Shown here: positions 62,215-64,000 of the stretch, piece by piece
Layout of the letters: every line of letters begins with the position of its first letter
Numbering within the stretch: position 1 is the first letter of the stretch
Source: a virus
Length of the DNA stretch: 64,000 nt
Reading direction: 5' to 3' (one strand)
Virus record (IMG/VR): IMGVR_UViG_3300009008_000010
Coordinates: 1-64,000 of that record
Position numbers and translations under genes: made by a program
Notes under the pieces: model-generated
The model's input: the letters and a program-made list of their open reading frames with translations, nothing else
Database searches by the model: none
Told to the model about the DNA's origin: nothing

Positions 62215-63123
62215 ATGGATATTAAAAAAACAATTCAGCAGGCCGTTGAACTACAGATGCTATGTAATGAGCCATTTGACTCTAGTGCTGTGCGCTTTAA
62301 TTTATTGAATTGTTTTTTGCCAAAACCGCATCGTTTTAGTTCTCAATTATCTCCTATGAATCCCAAAGTAGTAGGAATGTTGGGAGATGTGGGCTGGAAG
62401 TTGGCTCTCTTAGCTGTTGCTTTTGATGATAATGTTAATCATCCTGATATTCACAATGCTCTTGGTGGTGCTTTTAAGTTAGAAAGCAAATTTGCTCAGT
62501 CAATTGATGAATTTCTCAAGATGGCTCGAATGCTAGTTCCACACATGCAGAGCACCCATAAAAATCATAATTTTGATTACTTCATCAAGAAAGACAAGGC
62601 GGTTAGAAAGATTCTTCCTAGATTGGGGACGCCTCATGTGGTCCGGTTTTTAAAGGAAAAAAACAGAACTACATGTAGACTAGAAAAGGAATCTTTTAAC
62701 CTAGATTTGCCACATACGCTTCCTATCTGGGAGAGAATGAATAGTGCTTCTTTTTGGGACTATGTAAGATTTAATACTCCCACAGCAAAGGATCTGAGGA
62801 AAGAAGATTTATACAAGCACCAACCTTATTTCGGTTTTAATCGCATCACCATGACTAATGCTGGCGTGCTGCTTTCTCTTAAAAAACCGTTCATACCAGG
62901 AAAACACCTTATAGCCAGAGTGGTTCCAGTTGTTCCATCTTCTGATCATAGCCAGTGGTCTTGGTTGCCTGACCACGCCAAATATGTTTTAGAAAAGTTG
63001 GAAGAATTTCCTGATGCAGGCAATCGAGCCATTTTTGATTATTTTTGGGCAATAACGATAGGTAATGACTCTATTCTTTTAGGCGAACGTGAGAAACGTT
63101 GCTACTTCATTACTATGTTATAG
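62215..63123 (+). CDS. Hypothetical protein
   Basis: Long ORF; AAGG SD. Confidence 0.7.
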   Translation: MDIKKTIQQAVELQMLCNEPFDSSAVRFNLLNCFLPKPHRFSSQLSPMNPKVVGMLGDVGWKLALLAVAFDDNVNHPDIHNALGGAFKLESKFAQSIDEFLKMARMLVPHMQSTHKNHNFDYFIKKDKAVRKILPRLGTPHVVRFLKEKNRTTCRLEKESFNLDLPHTLPIWERMNSASFWDYVRFNTPTAKDLRKEDLYKHQPYFGFNRITMTNAGVLLSLKKPFIPGKHLIARVVPVVPSSDHSQWSWLPDHAKYVLEKLEEFPDAGNRAIFDYFWAITIGNDSILLGEREKRCYFITML

Positions 63124-63143
63124 AAAGAACCGAAAGGAATAAA

Positions 63144-63461
63144 ATGGGCGTTGCAAAGATTTCAGACATTAGAGCTACTGGTATGTCTATTTTGGTAGAA
63201 TTAATCAATCCAGAAGAGATGATACAAACCACCATCATTACTCCTGAAGGAGGCGCGAAAGATTTGATTGATGGTGCCTCTCAGGCTTACATTTTAAGTT
63301 TGGGTCCAAAAGTAGACCCAGAAGAATGGGGTTTTGATGAGGGTGATAGGGTGATGTTTTCAGGTAATTTTGTGCCTGCTTATAACTTCGATGAGAGCAA
63401 GAGGGCTAAGGGCACAATTGACCCTCATAGCATAAAAGCTGTTTTTGATGAGGCAGAGTGA
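63144..63461 (+). CDS. GroES/gp31-like co-chaperonin
   Basis: IRATGMSILVE, mobile-loop IITP, ILSLGPKV, GDRVMF, IKAV. Confidence 0.7.
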   Translation: MGVAKISDIRATGMSILVELINPEEMIQTTIITPEGGAKDLIDGASQAYILSLGPKVDPEEWGFDEGDRVMFSGNFVPAYNFDESKRAKGTIDPHSIKAVFDEAE

Positions 63462-63766
63462 ATTATTACGAGATTTTGAGTGTAGCCACGGATGCCAGCA
63501 TTGAACAGATAAATATTGCTTATCGTAGGCTGGCTATCAAGAGTCACCCCGATGCAGGAGGCGACCCAGAGCAATTTAAAAAATTCACTGAGGCATATGA
63601 TACATTAGGCGATCCTGTTAAAAGAATGGCCTACGATAAGCAATATAAGGTTTATAATGTTTGCTACAACAGAGATGCAAGATTAATAATGCCGCTCTGT
63701 AAAAAAAAGACTCATAGGGAATTATTAGATGAGTTAGTAAATACAGAGTGGGAGGTAAACAGATGA
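63458..63766 (+). CDS. J-domain (DnaJ-like) protein
   Basis: NYYEIL...AYRRLA..SHPD...EAYDTL.DP.KR..YD. Confidence 0.9.
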   Translation: MNYYEILSVATDASIEQINIAYRRLAIKSHPDAGGDPEQFKKFTEAYDTLGDPVKRMAYDKQYKVYNVCYNRDARLIMPLCKKKTHRELLDELVNTEWEVNR

Positions 63767-64000
63767 AGAAAACCAAGAATAAGAATACCATAATAATTAT
63801 TGCTGTTGTGCTGGGTGCTGCCCTTATAGGATTTCAGGGGTGTGATATGCTGATGGACAAGATAGCTGATAGGGTTATCGAAAAGCTAGAAAAAGATTAT
63901 TCTCCGTCACCTTATGGACCGGGACTTGATCCAGATAGGGTTGATGTGAATGCTTTTGCTAGGCCCCAACAGCAACAAATCCCTCAACAGCCGCCTAATT
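63763..64000 (+). CDS. Membrane/lipoprotein with PQ linker, truncated at the window end
   Basis: GGAGG SD; TM ending FQGC; PQQQQIPQQPP. Confidence 0.6.
   Translation, partial: MKKTKNKNTIIIIAVVLGAALIGFQGCDMLMDKIADRVIEKLEKDYSPSPYGPGLDPDRVDVNAFARPQQQQIPQQPPN

Noticed and set aside
1-64000. CRISPR array, tRNA genes, rRNA, IS elements, integrase
   Set aside because: No regularly spaced repeats, complete cloverleafs or transposase/integrase motifs were seen by eye; a tRNAscan/CRISPR search would be needed to exclude them fully.
1-64000. Stop-codon reassignment as in some jumbo phages
   Set aside because: Conserved genes are full-length under code 11, and TAA, TAG and TGA all terminate recognisable proteins.
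1-64000. Cellular (CPR or archaeal) chromosome origin
   Set aside because: Translation genes occur as isolated singletons outside their usual operons (infC without rpmI-rplT, GroES without GroEL), amid phage-type genes and late-promoter motifs; no capsid or terminase gene lies in this window, so the phage call remains an inference.

Overview
This window is a densely coding, AT-rich, standard-genetic-code segment of what looks like a large lytic (jumbo, T4-like) bacteriophage genome, not a cellular chromosome. Evidence: UvsX/RecA, gp4-like head-completion nuclease, free-standing HNH endonucleases, a BppU-like virion protein, GroES without GroEL, many short orphan ORFs and a recurrent ATANATA late-promoter-like motif. 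Contents: replication and recombination genes (RecA, Hel308-like helicase, and a DnaE split into two genes 9.6 kb apart); nucleotide metabolism (thyA, folA, guaC, PRTase, dCMP deaminase, dATP/dGTP diphosphohydrolase); translation and proteostasis (tmRNA, bS21, IF3, peptide deformylase, ClpP-like protease, PrkA/YeaG-YeaH-SpoVR, AAA+ ATPase, GroES, J-domain protein); glycan-modifying enzymes (HldE, GT9/GT2/GT8-like, sulfotransferase-like); and a family of membrane-anchored, Pro/Gln-tethered peptidases. Most interesting observations: (1) an intein-free split DnaE whose active site appears divided between two polypeptides that share a duplicated segment; (2) an unannotated 56-aa ORF resembling the N-terminal domain of ribosomal protein bL12; (3) a ~175-nt promoter- and terminator-bounded structured ncRNA, possibly 6S-like; (4) many late proteins with a T4-like capsid-targeting N-terminus; (5) hairpin-plus-late-promoter control of both homing endonucleases. 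A Planctomycetota host is weakly suggested. All family assignments come from reading motifs by eye; no database search was run.
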